64,000 nucleotides of DNA from Neoconidiobolus thromboides FSU 785 (Eukaryota; Fungi; Entomophthoromycota): the NCBI GenBank assembly GCA_025603075.1, contig MU626274.1, forward strand, positions 1 through 64,000, in the 5' to 3' direction. Shown here piece by piece: positions 37,658-49,315 of the stretch (the first letter of the stretch is position 1; each line of letters begins with the position of its first letter). Below the pieces are notes generated by a model. The model was not told the DNA's origin. It saw only the letters and a program-made list of their open reading frames with translations, and did no database searches. The position numbers and the translations under genes are program-made.

Positions 37658-37948
37658 ATGAATTTCAGAATTGTATCCATTGCTTTATTTGGTTTATTAG
37701 CTAACTCTATCGTTTGTGAAGATATTGGAAATGCTGCTGGTACACAAAATGCTGCTGCCGGTTCTGGACCTAAGAAAGGCAGTAAGTTATTTAGTGGTGG
37801 TTCAAGTATATTAAATAGAATACAAGGTGCTGCAAAGAGACTCCAACTCCTTGATCTTCATGATGTTATACCTAATGCCCCTAAAGCTAAAAAACAAGCT
37901 AAAGCTGCATCTGCACCAGAAGATGAATCCCAAGGTGATGCTAAATAA
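37658..37948 (+). CDS. Small secreted Ala/Gly/Lys-rich protein (96 aa), unknown
   Basis: Signal-peptide-like MNFRIVSIALFGLLANSIVC; coding-like GC elevation against flanks; ATG at 37658. Confidence 0.75.
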   Translation: MNFRIVSIALFGLLANSIVCEDIGNAAGTQNAAAGSGPKKGSKLFSGGSSILNRIQGAAKRLQLLDLHDVIPNAPKAKKQAKAASAPEDESQGDAK

Positions 37949-38175
37949 TAACCAAGTAACTAGGTAAAAGTGTCCAACTTATTTAATGCTACTTTAAATA
38001 AAAATAAGATTTTATACAAGATTTTCTGTTTTTGAGTTTTATTTTAGAATATTTAATAAAATGACTCAATCGTAATTTTTGTACTTATTGAGAATGTAAA
38101 TAACGCAAATAACATCATTGTCTGATAGTATTCCAATAGATTTTTATAAAATAGTAGATTCTCGAATCAACGTAT

Positions 38176-38272
38176 GGGGGATGTTTTTTGTTTGAGGGTT
38201 TTACTAATAATCTTTCCACTCAAATAGCGCTCAAAAAATCGAAAAAGTAATGAAATCAAAAAAATCATCCCC
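38176..38272 (+). mobile_element. MITE copy 11
   Basis: Family TIRs and core. Confidence 0.87.
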
Positions 38273-39155
38273 ATATAGCTTTTTTTATAATGATGATGTT
38301 TTCAAATGTACTAGGCAAATATTTAAATTTTAGCAAAGGCTTTTAAATAAAGCTATACTATTTACAGTTTTAATAATTTAAAATTACAAAATATTTCTAG
38401 AAAGGCTAATTGATAAAATCGATTTTGTAACCAACCTTACATGAATTTCATTTATAGAATTAAAATTTACTAGTTCGTCCTTATGGATGCGGAATCAAAA
38501 AAATAGAAAAACAATAGATGATTGTTTATGAGGTCTCTTTATATACAACTACTGTAAATCTATTGTGATCTAACTAACTGCTCATTTCAGAATAAAATTG
38601 TCAAAACCATACTGAAATCTACAAACAGGCATTAAATAAGCTGAATAAAAGATAAATGACTCTAAAAACCATTGAAAATCAGGTTGTATAGGATTTGAGG
38701 AGTTGTATATTAAACTTACCTCTGGTTAATATGATATTGCTGTTATTCTTTCTAACTTGTTTACTTTTTTGCTTTGAGGGATGATACTCCTGCTCATAGT
38801 ACTAATACTTATTTAGCATTATTTTGTTTATCTAAAATTTTATAACTATTTGTAATTTTATTTTAATAAGTAATACTACTATTTTGATTTTCTGATTTTC
38901 TTTTGAGTGATCTACAAAAAAGAAAGAATATGGCTGCTTTGTTTAGCGTACACAATAATTAAAAAATTAATATCAAGACCAAACAAAAAGAACTAATCGC
39001 TTTATCAGGGCAAAATTAACAATGCTAAATTATATCTAAAAACAATTAAAAAATCAAAATGATTAAGGACTATCAAAAGAAGATCAATATTTTCATTTAA
39101 AAAATAACAAATAGATAAAAACATTTTATTTATCTATGCTATTTTTTAAAAAAGA

Positions 39156-39857
39156 ATGAAAAGTATAACATTAATAAGCGTGTTATTAGTAACTGGAAGT
39201 TATGGACTAGGTTTTAACAAATTAAAAAGAACTGGTCTAAGATTTATACAAGGTGAGGAGCTGGACTTCAATATTATGGGTGATTTTAACGTTAACGCTA
39301 TGCCTCAGTTATTCAATTTTGGAAAAAAGAATAGCAATAAAGATACTACCCCCGTTGAGGTGCCCGCAACAGTGCAGCTGAAAGCAGACGCCTTAAATGC
39401 AGCTGACAGCTATGTAAAAAAAACCGACAGAGGAAAGCTCGCTAGACAAGTTACTAAATTTGTTATGAAGCCTACGATGAAAGTGTTTGTATCAATTGCT
39501 GGTGTTGGAGCAGGATTTGCTGATAGACCCAATCTTACTCCAAAGGTCGTGGAAACAGTTGCAGATATTTTGGAAAACGACTCAGAAGTAGTTACCAATT
39601 TATTCTCTTCCTTGGATAAAATAGCAAGCCAAGATTCACACACTGGTGAATTAATTCGTGATATTGTAATCAAACCTTATGCTAATAATAAGAAAATATC
39701 CAAGTATGTCACTAAAATATCCTCAGAAACTTATAAGCAAAATCCCAAAGCAGCCAAAGTTGCCATTGATAAGTTACTAGTTGTTCACTCAAAACATGAT
39801 CTTATTTCTGATAAATTAGCTGTTAATTTAAAAGGTATCTCTGATAAAATTGAATAA
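39156..39857 (+). CDS. Secreted helical protein (233 aa), unknown
   Basis: Signal-peptide-like MKSITLISVLLVTGSYG; intact single-exon ORF; no Cys. Confidence 0.8.
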   Translation: MKSITLISVLLVTGSYGLGFNKLKRTGLRFIQGEELDFNIMGDFNVNAMPQLFNFGKKNSNKDTTPVEVPATVQLKADALNAADSYVKKTDRGKLARQVTKFVMKPTMKVFVSIAGVGAGFADRPNLTPKVVETVADILENDSEVVTNLFSSLDKIASQDSHTGELIRDIVIKPYANNKKISKYVTKISSETYKQNPKAAKVAIDKLLVVHSKHDLISDKLAVNLKGISDKIE

Positions 39858-40276
39858 ACCAATTTTACAATAAATTAAACTTTAAAGTTTTTTGACTTTT
39901 TTATTAATATTACATTATGAAAAATAGTTAGTTGGGTTTAACCTAACCTGAATAAAACCTTTATAATAAAATTAAAGCCAGTGTCTTGGTAGAAATCTAC
40001 TTTAAAAAACATACATTCAAGGGATGAGATTTACTCTATATCTTTAGCCTAAATAAAAAGATATAATCCCTATACTATAGCTCTAAAAATTGATATAATA
40101 TGAACTACAAAATAAAAAATGTAATGAATCTTTGATATGTCCTTTGAGTATTAGTATTTAAATAAATGTATAAACCAGCAAGCAAAATAAAACGCTTTTA
40201 AATAAAACTATAATTATTAATTGTATTTAATTAAAAAGCCATTTGAATTAATTTGTTCGCATTCACCTGAGTTATA

Positions 40277-41179
40277 TTACTTCCTTTTAAATTTTGATAT
40301 AAAAGAGTTCATTTCTCTGTTTACACCAGTGTGCAACATCATAAGTAACACTGAGTTAGAAGTAAGTCCGATGAGGAAGAACAAGATCGTAAGTATATCA
40401 GCCAATTTACTAAAACCTATTTGAGATACAGTTACTTTTGGCCCATATTGTATGGTTACCAAAAAAGTTACTGAGATTAGCATCAAAGAGCAATAGATAG
40501 CCATAGTGAGATAGATTTTAAATGAAGCAAGTTTATAATTCCAGGAGCGTGATTTTGTGTCATTTACCGTACCATTTGTTGCACGAAGCTCAAGATCAAC
40601 AAAATCGTATGCCTTTAATACTTCACGTGATAGTTTGTAGTAACAATAAACAATAGAGATTGTAGCATAATAACATGCAGCAATAAAATAAAAGAAGGTG
40701 ATTGTAGCAACAGTGGATTTAAACGGGTCAGCAAAACAGGTTAAGTCGGCTGGATAAGCAGACATATCACCTCTAATTGCTACCCAAATGACTAAAATGA
40801 AAAAGCCAGCAATCACTGAAAAGAAAGGGATCATAAAGAGCCTGCTAAGTGGTTTACCTGTAATTTTTGAAAGTCTTTCGCTTGCTAAAAAGTATGAAAA
40901 CATAATTTCAAGGAAATAAAGAAGATTTAAAAATGATCCATTAACTTGACACCCTAGCTCACTGTGTATAATATTGACACCTGTAGTGATTTGGTACACT
41001 GTATTAGTTATCTTTACAACTGGGAAAACTAATTCAATAGTTGCAAGGGCAATAACAATAATAATATCATTTGTTCTCGGTCTGATTTTGGTTGCAAAAT
41101 AAATCAGAAAAGAGTTTACTATTGCTGAAATCCCTACTAATAAGAAGGAGATAAAGAATAAAGGAGAAAAGCTTGACAT
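40277..41179 (-). CDS. Intronless class-A-GPCR-like 7TM protein (300 aa from ATG 41179)
   Basis: LGCQV, LASERL, YPADLTCFADP, TSNSVLL; close paralog of 44393-45304. Confidence 0.82.
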   Translation of the reverse strand: MSSFSPLFFISFLLVGISAIVNSFLIYFATKIRPRTNDIIIVIALATIELVFPVVKITNTVYQITTGVNIIHSELGCQVNGSFLNLLYFLEIMFSYFLASERLSKITGKPLSRLFMIPFFSVIAGFFILVIWVAIRGDMSAYPADLTCFADPFKSTVATITFFYFIAACYYATISIVYCYYKLSREVLKAYDFVDLELRATNGTVNDTKSRSWNYKLASFKIYLTMAIYCSLMLISVTFLVTIQYGPKVTVSQIGFSKLADILTILFFLIGLTSNSVLLMMLHTGVNREMNSFISKFKRK

Positions 41180-42667
41180 CTTGATTTGCAAAACTACTTT
41201 AAATAAATCCGAATTAAAAATCAAATAACAATGTAACATCTATTTGTTTAAATATGTTTGATTATTTCATGCACGATTACTATAAAAAATAATAACCACT
41301 GTATACTTATGTAAATAAATGTGGCATCAGTATTAAACCTGTTTGGACTATTTTTGGCAAAAGGTAACTTTTATTTGATATACAAACATTAACCATGATA
41401 GTTCAGTTCCAATTTTTTTATTAATATATTTTCCTCAACCTGTGGATTGTACTATAAAAGGTTTTAGATACAATAAAATGCATGTTATTTAAAGAAGTAA
41501 CGATAAATGTTTCAATTTTAAAGCGAAAAGGCTAATTGTTCACTCTTTTATGCCACTTTTCCTTTAGGAAATTTGATTACTAAAAGCAACTATTAATAAA
41601 GTCTATATAGCTTGAGGTTTATTATGTTTTTATAAAAAAAAGAGTAAAAGAAAATTCTAAACGATGTTCTATAATTGAACATTTTAGAATAAAGTCATAA
41701 AAAAACAATTAATCCATCAAATGGCATCTTAAAAAATTAGCTATTTTTGATACTTTGTGTTTTTTATTTATTCAAGGCTATTTTAACACGTTTAACAAAA
41801 AGTCTCAATGAAGTCTCTAATCTACTGCTAATATTAAATACTATGCTATCGAAGCTTCCTTAGAGAGATGCACCCAATACTAAATTATCAATTAAAACTA
41901 AATAATCAGATATCTAAAGTTAATTAAAGGAATTAATAATAAAAATAATGATCAATATAAGCAAGAGTATTTTTTAAATTAATATTTTATATAATATACA
42001 TCCCTTAAAATACTATTTTAGCAAATTTATTCTAATTCATGAGATTCATGGCATGCGCTATTATGAAATGTCTAAAAATACATAAAGAGTTGACTCTCGG
42101 TATTTATTATTTTACCACAATTAGCAAATATATCATACAATTGATTTGTAAATAGTAGAATAAATTAATTTACAATATATAATTTAAAGGTGATAATATA
42201 TTAATAATTTGGGTTTGCTAGTATACCTGTCTGCTTATCTATTGACTTTTGTGATGTTAATTCCTTAAAACATAGGTCCACTAGTGATTTAGTAGAATTT
42301 ATGGAACATTTGTGATTTAAATGATGAAACTACCACTTTTAGTATTTTTTGCCATTTGATTAAAATCATTCATTAAAAACAAAATACACAATGCTTTACT
42401 ATGATAATATAGTAAGTAATACTCAATATCAATTGATGTAATATTACGAAGGAGTCTAGTATTGAAATATCCTAAATAGTATAGTAAGTTAGAATTATTA
42501 GAGCTATTTCAAATATTACAAAGCAAGTGTTTTAAAATTAAGAACAAAATTCTCTAATCCACTTTCTCATTCATTTTTTGTATATTGTAAATTTTTAGAT
42601 TTCTTTAAATAGATACTAGATAAAAAACATTCCTATAAGTAATATTAAAATTAAGCAAAAAAGCTGC

Positions 42668-42990
42668 GAAATCTAGTGCTCAGTGGCTGGAGTCAAGAGC
42701 AATTTTTACTTGATTGACTTAGCCGTAAGTTGATAGGTCTTAGTTTATACAACTAAGATACTTGAATTATGAAGAATACCACGTAACAGACTACATACTA
42801 TGTAAGACAAATATAATAGACAATATTACTATAAAATCTACGTAAAATATTATTAAAAGAGTTAGGGGTTTTATTAGAGGTACGAGATATCAGGAAACAA
42901 TTCAGTTAAAAAATCCCGAATTATTGCATTCCAAAATCTTTTCTATACTCCAACAAGTATGGATATCAAAATGAGAGGATAATATCCTTC
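42668..42990 (+). repeat. Diverged copy of the subtelomeric 854-1283 sequence, lacking the MITE (empty site)
   Basis: Colinear similarity to the reverse complement of 969-1283, continuing into 855-868 across the MITE position (GGAT AATATCCTT vs AGAT AACATTCTT). Confidence 0.85.
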
Positions 42991-43552
42991 ACGATGTGAA
43001 ATTATAAATTCTCATAGTAAATCAAAATAAGAGCATATGATTGATTGTCTCCGAACTTGAGAACACAGCAACTTAATTGATTATTATGTTATAATCAATC
43101 ATGGAGCTGACAAAGCAATATTTCACAAAATATCAATAGCTTAATTTATTATATTAAGTTAAGGCTTAACTATAGTTATCTAAAAGATTTTAATACTATA
43201 AACTGTTTATATATAATAAATAATATTGTTATTTTTAAAATAATTACAAATAGCTTTTTATTATTATTAACAATCTATTTAATTTCAAATATTTCATTAT
43301 AAAAAATGCTAAAAAAAATTAATAAATAAAGATTATCAGTATAAAAAATAAAAAAGTAAATTTATTTGTAATAAATCAATTTAGTAACTTAATGAGCTAC
43401 TAAATATATTTTTAATATTATAATAATATGTTAAAAGTGCTTGATAATTTTAGAGCATACAAAAAAAGTATATTAAAAAAATGGCTTATCTAACTGCATT
43501 GATTATACATATATTAATTCTTATAAGAACCTTGACTTTAAATATAACATTT

Positions 43553-43650
43553 GGGGATGTATTTTTGTATTTAAGAATTTTACTAACAATTTTTCCACGC
43601 AAATAGCGCTTAAAAGATGGAAAAAGTAATGAAGCCAAAAAAACATCCCC
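43553..43650 (+). mobile_element. MITE copy 12
   Basis: Perfect GGGGATG/CATCCCC ends, ATTT/ATAT flanks. Confidence 0.9.
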
Positions 43651-43759
43651 ATATTTAAAGCTATTTTTCCAATTTCCTAATATAGTAAATTATTTTAAGT
43701 AGATTTCTGATCATTTTTTTGAATTTGATTAAGCCTTTTTATATTTTAAGCTAACATAT

Positions 43760-43854
43760 AAGGGTGTTTTTAATTTCATCACTTTTCTCATTTTTGAGTA
43801 CTATTTAAATGAAAAAACTATCACTGAAATTCTTAAACATAAAAATGCATCCTC
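43760..43854 (-). mobile_element. MITE copy 13 (inverted relative to copy 12, ~110 bp away)
   Basis: Family core reversed, CCTC end, ATAT flanks. Confidence 0.8.
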
Positions 43855-44392
43855 ATATCTTATATTTTGAGAATAATTTAGAATCGTTGTTTTACGTATA
43901 TATTAATATCTTATGAATATAGCTTAAAAGCACACTCATAAATATTGTACCAAATTTTTAAAATGTTTTATCTATAATCATGTTTTTTCATTATAATACC
44001 TTTGTGCAAAGTTATTAGCCATTAATCAATTTTTTTACTGCTTTTTACAAAATAATAATGATTACATTGCCTTACAAAATCATGTATAGTTCAAAGTCAC
44101 TTTAAAATAATGGTACTATATTATATAATATACTTTTTTCCGTTTAAAGTAAGTTTAATTACGCTTTTTTAAGATAAGAAAATTTCAACTAAATAATAAT
44201 GTTAACAATAGAGATGATTTCACTATAAATTTATCTTTTTAAATAAAATGTACCATAGTGTAATTCGATAGCCAAATTATCATAGTGAATAAAAATTGTT
44301 TATATTATATATTTTATTTAGCGAATATTAACTATTTAAAAACTTGCAAAGTCGAACTTTATTCTGATATTAAAGTCACCATGATAATAATA

Positions 44393-45304
44393 TTAATTTA
44401 TTCTTTTTTTTCTCAGCCTATCAAAAAATGCGTTCATCTCCCTATTTACCCCTGTATGTAACAACATAAGTAGGACTGAATTAGAGGTAAGCCCGATAAG
44501 GAAAAATAATATGGTAACAACATCAGCATAAATTCTAAACTTTATCAGTTCAATGTTTGTCTTTGGAACAAAAGGTGTAGCTGTAAGAAATGATATCGAG
44601 ATTAACATTAACGAACAATAAACTGCTACAATAATATAAATTTTTATAGAAGCAAATCTATAATTCCATGAACGTGACTTTGTATCGCTCACTGCGCCTT
44701 GTGCTACACGCAACTCAAGATCAACAAAGTCATATGCTTTGAGTACCTCTCGAGATAATTTAAGATAGCAATACACAATTAAAATGGTTGCAATATAACA
44801 AAAAACAACAAAGTACAAAAACGTGATCAAAGCAACAGGGGATTTATACGGATCTGCAAAACAAGTTAGATCCGCAGGGTATGGAGACATTTCCCCAATA
44901 GATCCTACCCAAATTGTTAAAATAATAAACCCAAGAACAATGATGAAGAATGGGATGTTAAAATATTTTGTTATTGGTTTGCCTCTTACTTTACTAAGTC
45001 TCTCATGAGCTAAATAAAAAGCAAACATAATCTCAAGGAAATATAAAATATTTAAGAAAGAACCATTGATTTGACACCCTAACGAATCATGTATAATATT
45101 GACACCAGTAGTAACTTGGTAAACAATATTTGTAATTTTAACAATTGGGAATACTAATTCAATTGAGGCAAGTGTAATAACAACAACGATATCACTTGTT
45201 ATTGGTTTAATCCTTGATGCAAAATAAATTAAAAATGAGTTGATAACAGCTGAAGCTGCTACTAGAAACATTGAAATGATCGATAAAGCTGAAAATGATT
45301 GCAT
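44393..45304 (-). CDS. Intronless class-A-GPCR-like 7TM protein (303 aa)
   Basis: LGCQI, LAHERL, YPADLTCFADP, TSNSVLL; paralog of 40277-41179. Confidence 0.82.
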   Translation of the reverse strand: MQSFSALSIISMFLVAASAVINSFLIYFASRIKPITSDIVVVITLASIELVFPIVKITNIVYQVTTGVNIIHDSLGCQINGSFLNILYFLEIMFAFYLAHERLSKVRGKPITKYFNIPFFIIVLGFIILTIWVGSIGEMSPYPADLTCFADPYKSPVALITFLYFVVFCYIATILIVYCYLKLSREVLKAYDFVDLELRVAQGAVSDTKSRSWNYRFASIKIYIIVAVYCSLMLISISFLTATPFVPKTNIELIKFRIYADVVTILFFLIGLTSNSVLLMLLHTGVNREMNAFFDRLRKKRIN

Positions 45305-46320
45305 CTTGTTAATTTGAACTTTGAAGATTATTTTTTAAATTTGCTCTATTGTCTCTATTTAAATACATCCTTGATTCTTGGATAATAAAGGTGAAATAAA
45401 AATGCAGCTATATTCTTAGTACAAACTGGTTTTCTAAATGATTAATAAATTTGAAAAATGTAAAAGTTTAAAATGGCAATTAAAATATTAGAGTTTATTG
45501 TGAAATTACTATATTAGTACAAAACATAAACAGTTTAGCAAAAAATCTGGCATCATACATTTTTGCTGAAACTTTATTCAATTCTCCCTCACTTCAGAGC
45601 TACTTATGGGAGTATAATTACTATATTCTACATCAAAAATACAAATGGTTTTATTCAGATGTTTTAATGGCAACATTAAGAGGTGAGTGTGGCGGCTTAG
45701 TTTATTGTCATATTCTAGGTTATATTGAAATATTTAACCATTCAATCGAACTTAAGACATATATAATAAATAGATAATTAAAGTTATACCCTTTGAATCT
45801 AGCAAAACCTTGTATGTAGTATGTTATGATCTGATGTTGATTAAAATTTATTCATAATAGTTAATTTTACCTTGTTGGTATAAGATCAACCTTTAACAAT
45901 ATAAATAATCCATACTGACAATTGATCTACTTATTAACGCATATGGAAATTCTTAATAAAGTAGTTTAGTAATATATTAGCCAGCTTTATTACACGTGTT
46001 AATTAGAATAGCAATATAGTAATGAATTTGTTCTAGACTAAATAATATATAGTCAACATAATTTTAAGGTCCAAAAATGGCATTGTCTTTTGCAGCTCAC
46101 TTATATACTTTGATAAGTATTGCTAAAAGCTATAATAGCATTTACTTACTGTTCACAAAAAATTAATAAATGTATTTATACTAACTTGGGTATTATAATA
46201 AAAATAAACTAAGCTTAGTAAAATTAATTACTATAGTAAAGGATGTTGAATAATATTTATAGCAAAAACAAGGCCAATTTGTATAGTGCTAATTCATATG
46301 TATATGCTAATTTTATATAT

Positions 46321-46414
46321 GGGGTTTTTTTGTCTTCATTACTTTTTCCATTTTTAAGCGCTATTTGAGTAGAAGGATTGTTAGCAGAATTCTTAAACGA
46401 AAAAATACACCCTC
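46321..46414 (-). mobile_element. MITE copy 14
   Basis: Family core reversed, ATAT/ATAT flanks. Confidence 0.85.
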
Positions 46415-47057
46415 ATATATTATTTTATACTAAATCCAATCAATAAATTCGGATGGAGTGCCAAGATTTTTGATAAAATTAAAATTATCCATTTGTTACA
46501 ACCCTATATTATTACAGTCCATCGATTAGTTTGCTTAATAGTAAAAAGAATAAAAGTAAAATAAAGAGGAGACATAACAAGTACAAAACCTGTTACATAT
46601 AAGCATATTTTATAAATTAGTCAAATAATTATATATGTGTATAAATAAGTATAATAAAGCATATATGATACCGGTTAAAATTTAAAAGAGTAGTTTTATT
46701 TAGAAATTGTATAAAAACTTAGTTTCACGTATATAATACAGAGATTAGAAATATACTAAATTAGCTTAGTTGTATTTTAGCTTTTTGAAATAAAATCACA
46801 ACTCACTTGTTGAGCTATTACTAATACAAATTTACTTTTAGGTATATTCGACAAATCATTTCATTTGTGAAAACTATTCAAATAATTGATTTTTTAGAAT
46901 ATGTAAGTATAATAAAATTTAGGGGTGAATTTACATGTATATGCATAAAAAATACAAACCTCAATCGTAATGAAGTCCATATGTAATTGTGGTATTCATG
47001 GATGGTAAAAAATCACCAGTGAAGAATTCATTTTTGTTATTGATAAAGAATTTAAGC

Positions 47058-47075
47058 CCCTAACCCTAACCCTAA
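47058..47075 (+). repeat. Interstitial telomere-like repeat (CCCTAA)3 followed by degenerate units
   Basis: GCC CCCTAA CCCTAA CCCTAA CTCTAG TCTAAT; same orientation as the terminal tract. Confidence 0.7.
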
Positions 47076-48096
47076 CTCTAGTCTAATACCAGTATCACTG
47101 CTAATCTCAAAATCAAAGCATTACTTTAGATTATAGCTACAAGGGAAGTGAAAAAGTGTAAGAATAAGATGATTAGAGAGGATATAGTATGGTTTTTTTC
47201 CTGATTTTATTTCATAGCACATATAAACACATACATCGATTGAAATAACTCATCTCTGAGATACAAAAAGATTCTAAAGGCGTTGTTTTTTATCCAAAGT
47301 TAAAAAACTCAATACTAAAATTTCTATTAGTAGTAGCTATTTTCCTTGATTATATCTTGGAGGTTAATAGTTCAACTATTATAAGACCATATATTTGCTC
47401 TATTATGTAGAACATAAAAGAGAGTAAGGGGAAAAAACGTAATCGTATTCTTTCTACCCTCTTATCCTTCACAATTTTTAATCTTTTCTCATAATAAGGA
47501 GTTTTAATCCAAACTTATTATAAACTAATCCTTTATTAACTGCAAGTACTTTTCAACTTCAATTAATTCCTTTCATCATGAATAATTTCGCATTTTACTC
47601 TATAAAATTAATTAATTGATTGATTGATTTAAATTCATGATTTTTATTGGTCAAAATTTTCGTAATAGTATTAAATCAATTTTGCTTTTTGAATAACTGT
47701 TATACTCCTTAGTCGTGTATACTAAGTTTTTCGGTCTAATTTTCAAAAAATTACATAAACTATTAATTGATTTTAGTTATTAACTAATATATAGATGGAT
47801 TTTATTCGTCTAAAAAAGTGAAGGGGTTAATGTTTTTACATTCAAAATTTATAACTTTTTTACTGACTTTATAAACAAACACTGTCTTAGGTACGTGACT
47901 AAAGTTTTTTATTAAAAGGGATTTTTGTCAACTATAATCAATGTAGCCCTATCCTTTACTATTGATTACTATTCTTTCTATAGATAATTCATTTTTCTAT
48001 ATTGCATTCAGATTTAAGCATAAAGCAAATATCATCATTATATTTAGCCATATTTCCATGTAACTAGTTTTTGCACTGTCAAAAATTTATAGACAT

Positions 48097-48194
48097 GAGG
48101 ATGTTTTTTTTGGTTTTATTACTTTTTCCATTTTTAAGCCCTATTTGAGCGGAAAAATCGTTAGTAAAATTCTTAAACACAAAAACACATCCTC
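48097..48194 (-). mobile_element. MITE copy 15, inside the pseudogene
   Basis: GAGGATG..CATCCTC ends, ACAT/ATAT flanks. Confidence 0.87.
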
Positions 48195-48865
48195 ATATAT
48201 TGTATCAATTATGTATTAGAGGTCTCATCGTCCAAAACACCATTAGATACTATTGAATGTACCATATTTGAAATAACTTTATTTCCTTGGCTTATAGTTT
48301 GTATTTTATTTAGAGGATAAAAGGCTTTATAAAACTATGAGAAGCCCACTTAGTGAATTCTTCTGTGCTCCATTTTCTACAGTCACCATTGGCTTTGCTG
48401 TCATAAATTCTACGTCCAGCTATCAATGAAGTCTCAGTTTCAGTCTCGGTCTATCCAAGTGATTTGACTTGCTTTACTGATCCTCATAAATTTTATTTAG
48501 GTTCAATGTTTATTTTCATTTCATCGTTTGCTGCTATTTAGTCGCCATTGAATATTGCTATCTTAAGTTATCTCATTAAATATCAGAAGTATACAGCTTT
48601 ATGGGTCTTGAATTAATCTTTTGAGTGAATTACCGAACAATTTAATGTCTCAATTATAGATTTATAGGGTTGCTGCTATAAAATCATACACCATAGCGGC
48701 TGTGTATTCCTCATTAATATTGGGCTTTAGCTTTTTCCTTGTACTTGTACTTTATATTCTAGATTCATTCTAAATAGGTCTATGTTTAAGAAATTTGTCT
48801 ACATTATATGTATCATCTTTGCTTTGGGTGTTGCTTCTAATTAGGTACTATTTATGTTTTTATGT

Positions 48866-48909
48866 GAGGATGTTTTTTTTTGAAACCTTAAACACAAAAA
48901 TACATTCCC
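48866..48909 (-). mobile_element. MITE copy 16, 44-bp internally deleted form, inside the pseudogene
   Basis: Both TIRs kept, core missing; ATGT/ATAT flanks; removing element plus 4 nt restores FLC-ISINREM in frame. Confidence 0.82.
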
Positions 48910-49315
48910 ATATATTAGTATAAACAGGGAAATGAACAAGTTTTTCAATAATGTCAGAAATAAAAACTAGCCCTCTTTAATCAAACAACACAATAAACAA
49001 AATCAAGGTATTTTAATTATTTTTGTTTGAGTATATGCTAAAATACGAGTAAAATAGCTGATAAACATCTGATACTGAAAACAAATCATTTATTTAGTAT
49101 TTAAAGATATAATATGTAAATTATTAAAATTAAATTTTATGAGATAAATAAAAATGAAATATGATAAGACAATTGTGAAGAAATCTATCCTTATGATTTA
49201 AATTAAATTTTTATAATTTACTCTCAAATAATTTAACTAAGCAAAAGAAAATTTTCACTTTTTAGATTTTTATAGAATATAAAAAATACAATTTTTTCAA
49301 TTACTAAGTAATACT

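Larger units (their letters stand above)
47941..48970 (+). pseudogene. 7TM receptor pseudogene of the 40277/44393 subfamily, hit by two MITEs; absent from the ORF track
   Basis: Translated fragments NSFF..*LVF..KI, KRLYKTMRSPLS, YPSDLTCFTDPHK (48452-48490), YRVAAIKSY..AVYSSL, GVASN*VL and INREMNKFF..* align along the whole length of the intact paralogs. Confidence 0.88.

Noticed and set aside
37562-38101. 15-bp direct repeat ATTGAGAATGTAAAT flanking the small secreted gene
   Set aside because: A match of this length and spacing is plausible by chance at this A+T content, and no element ends are visible.
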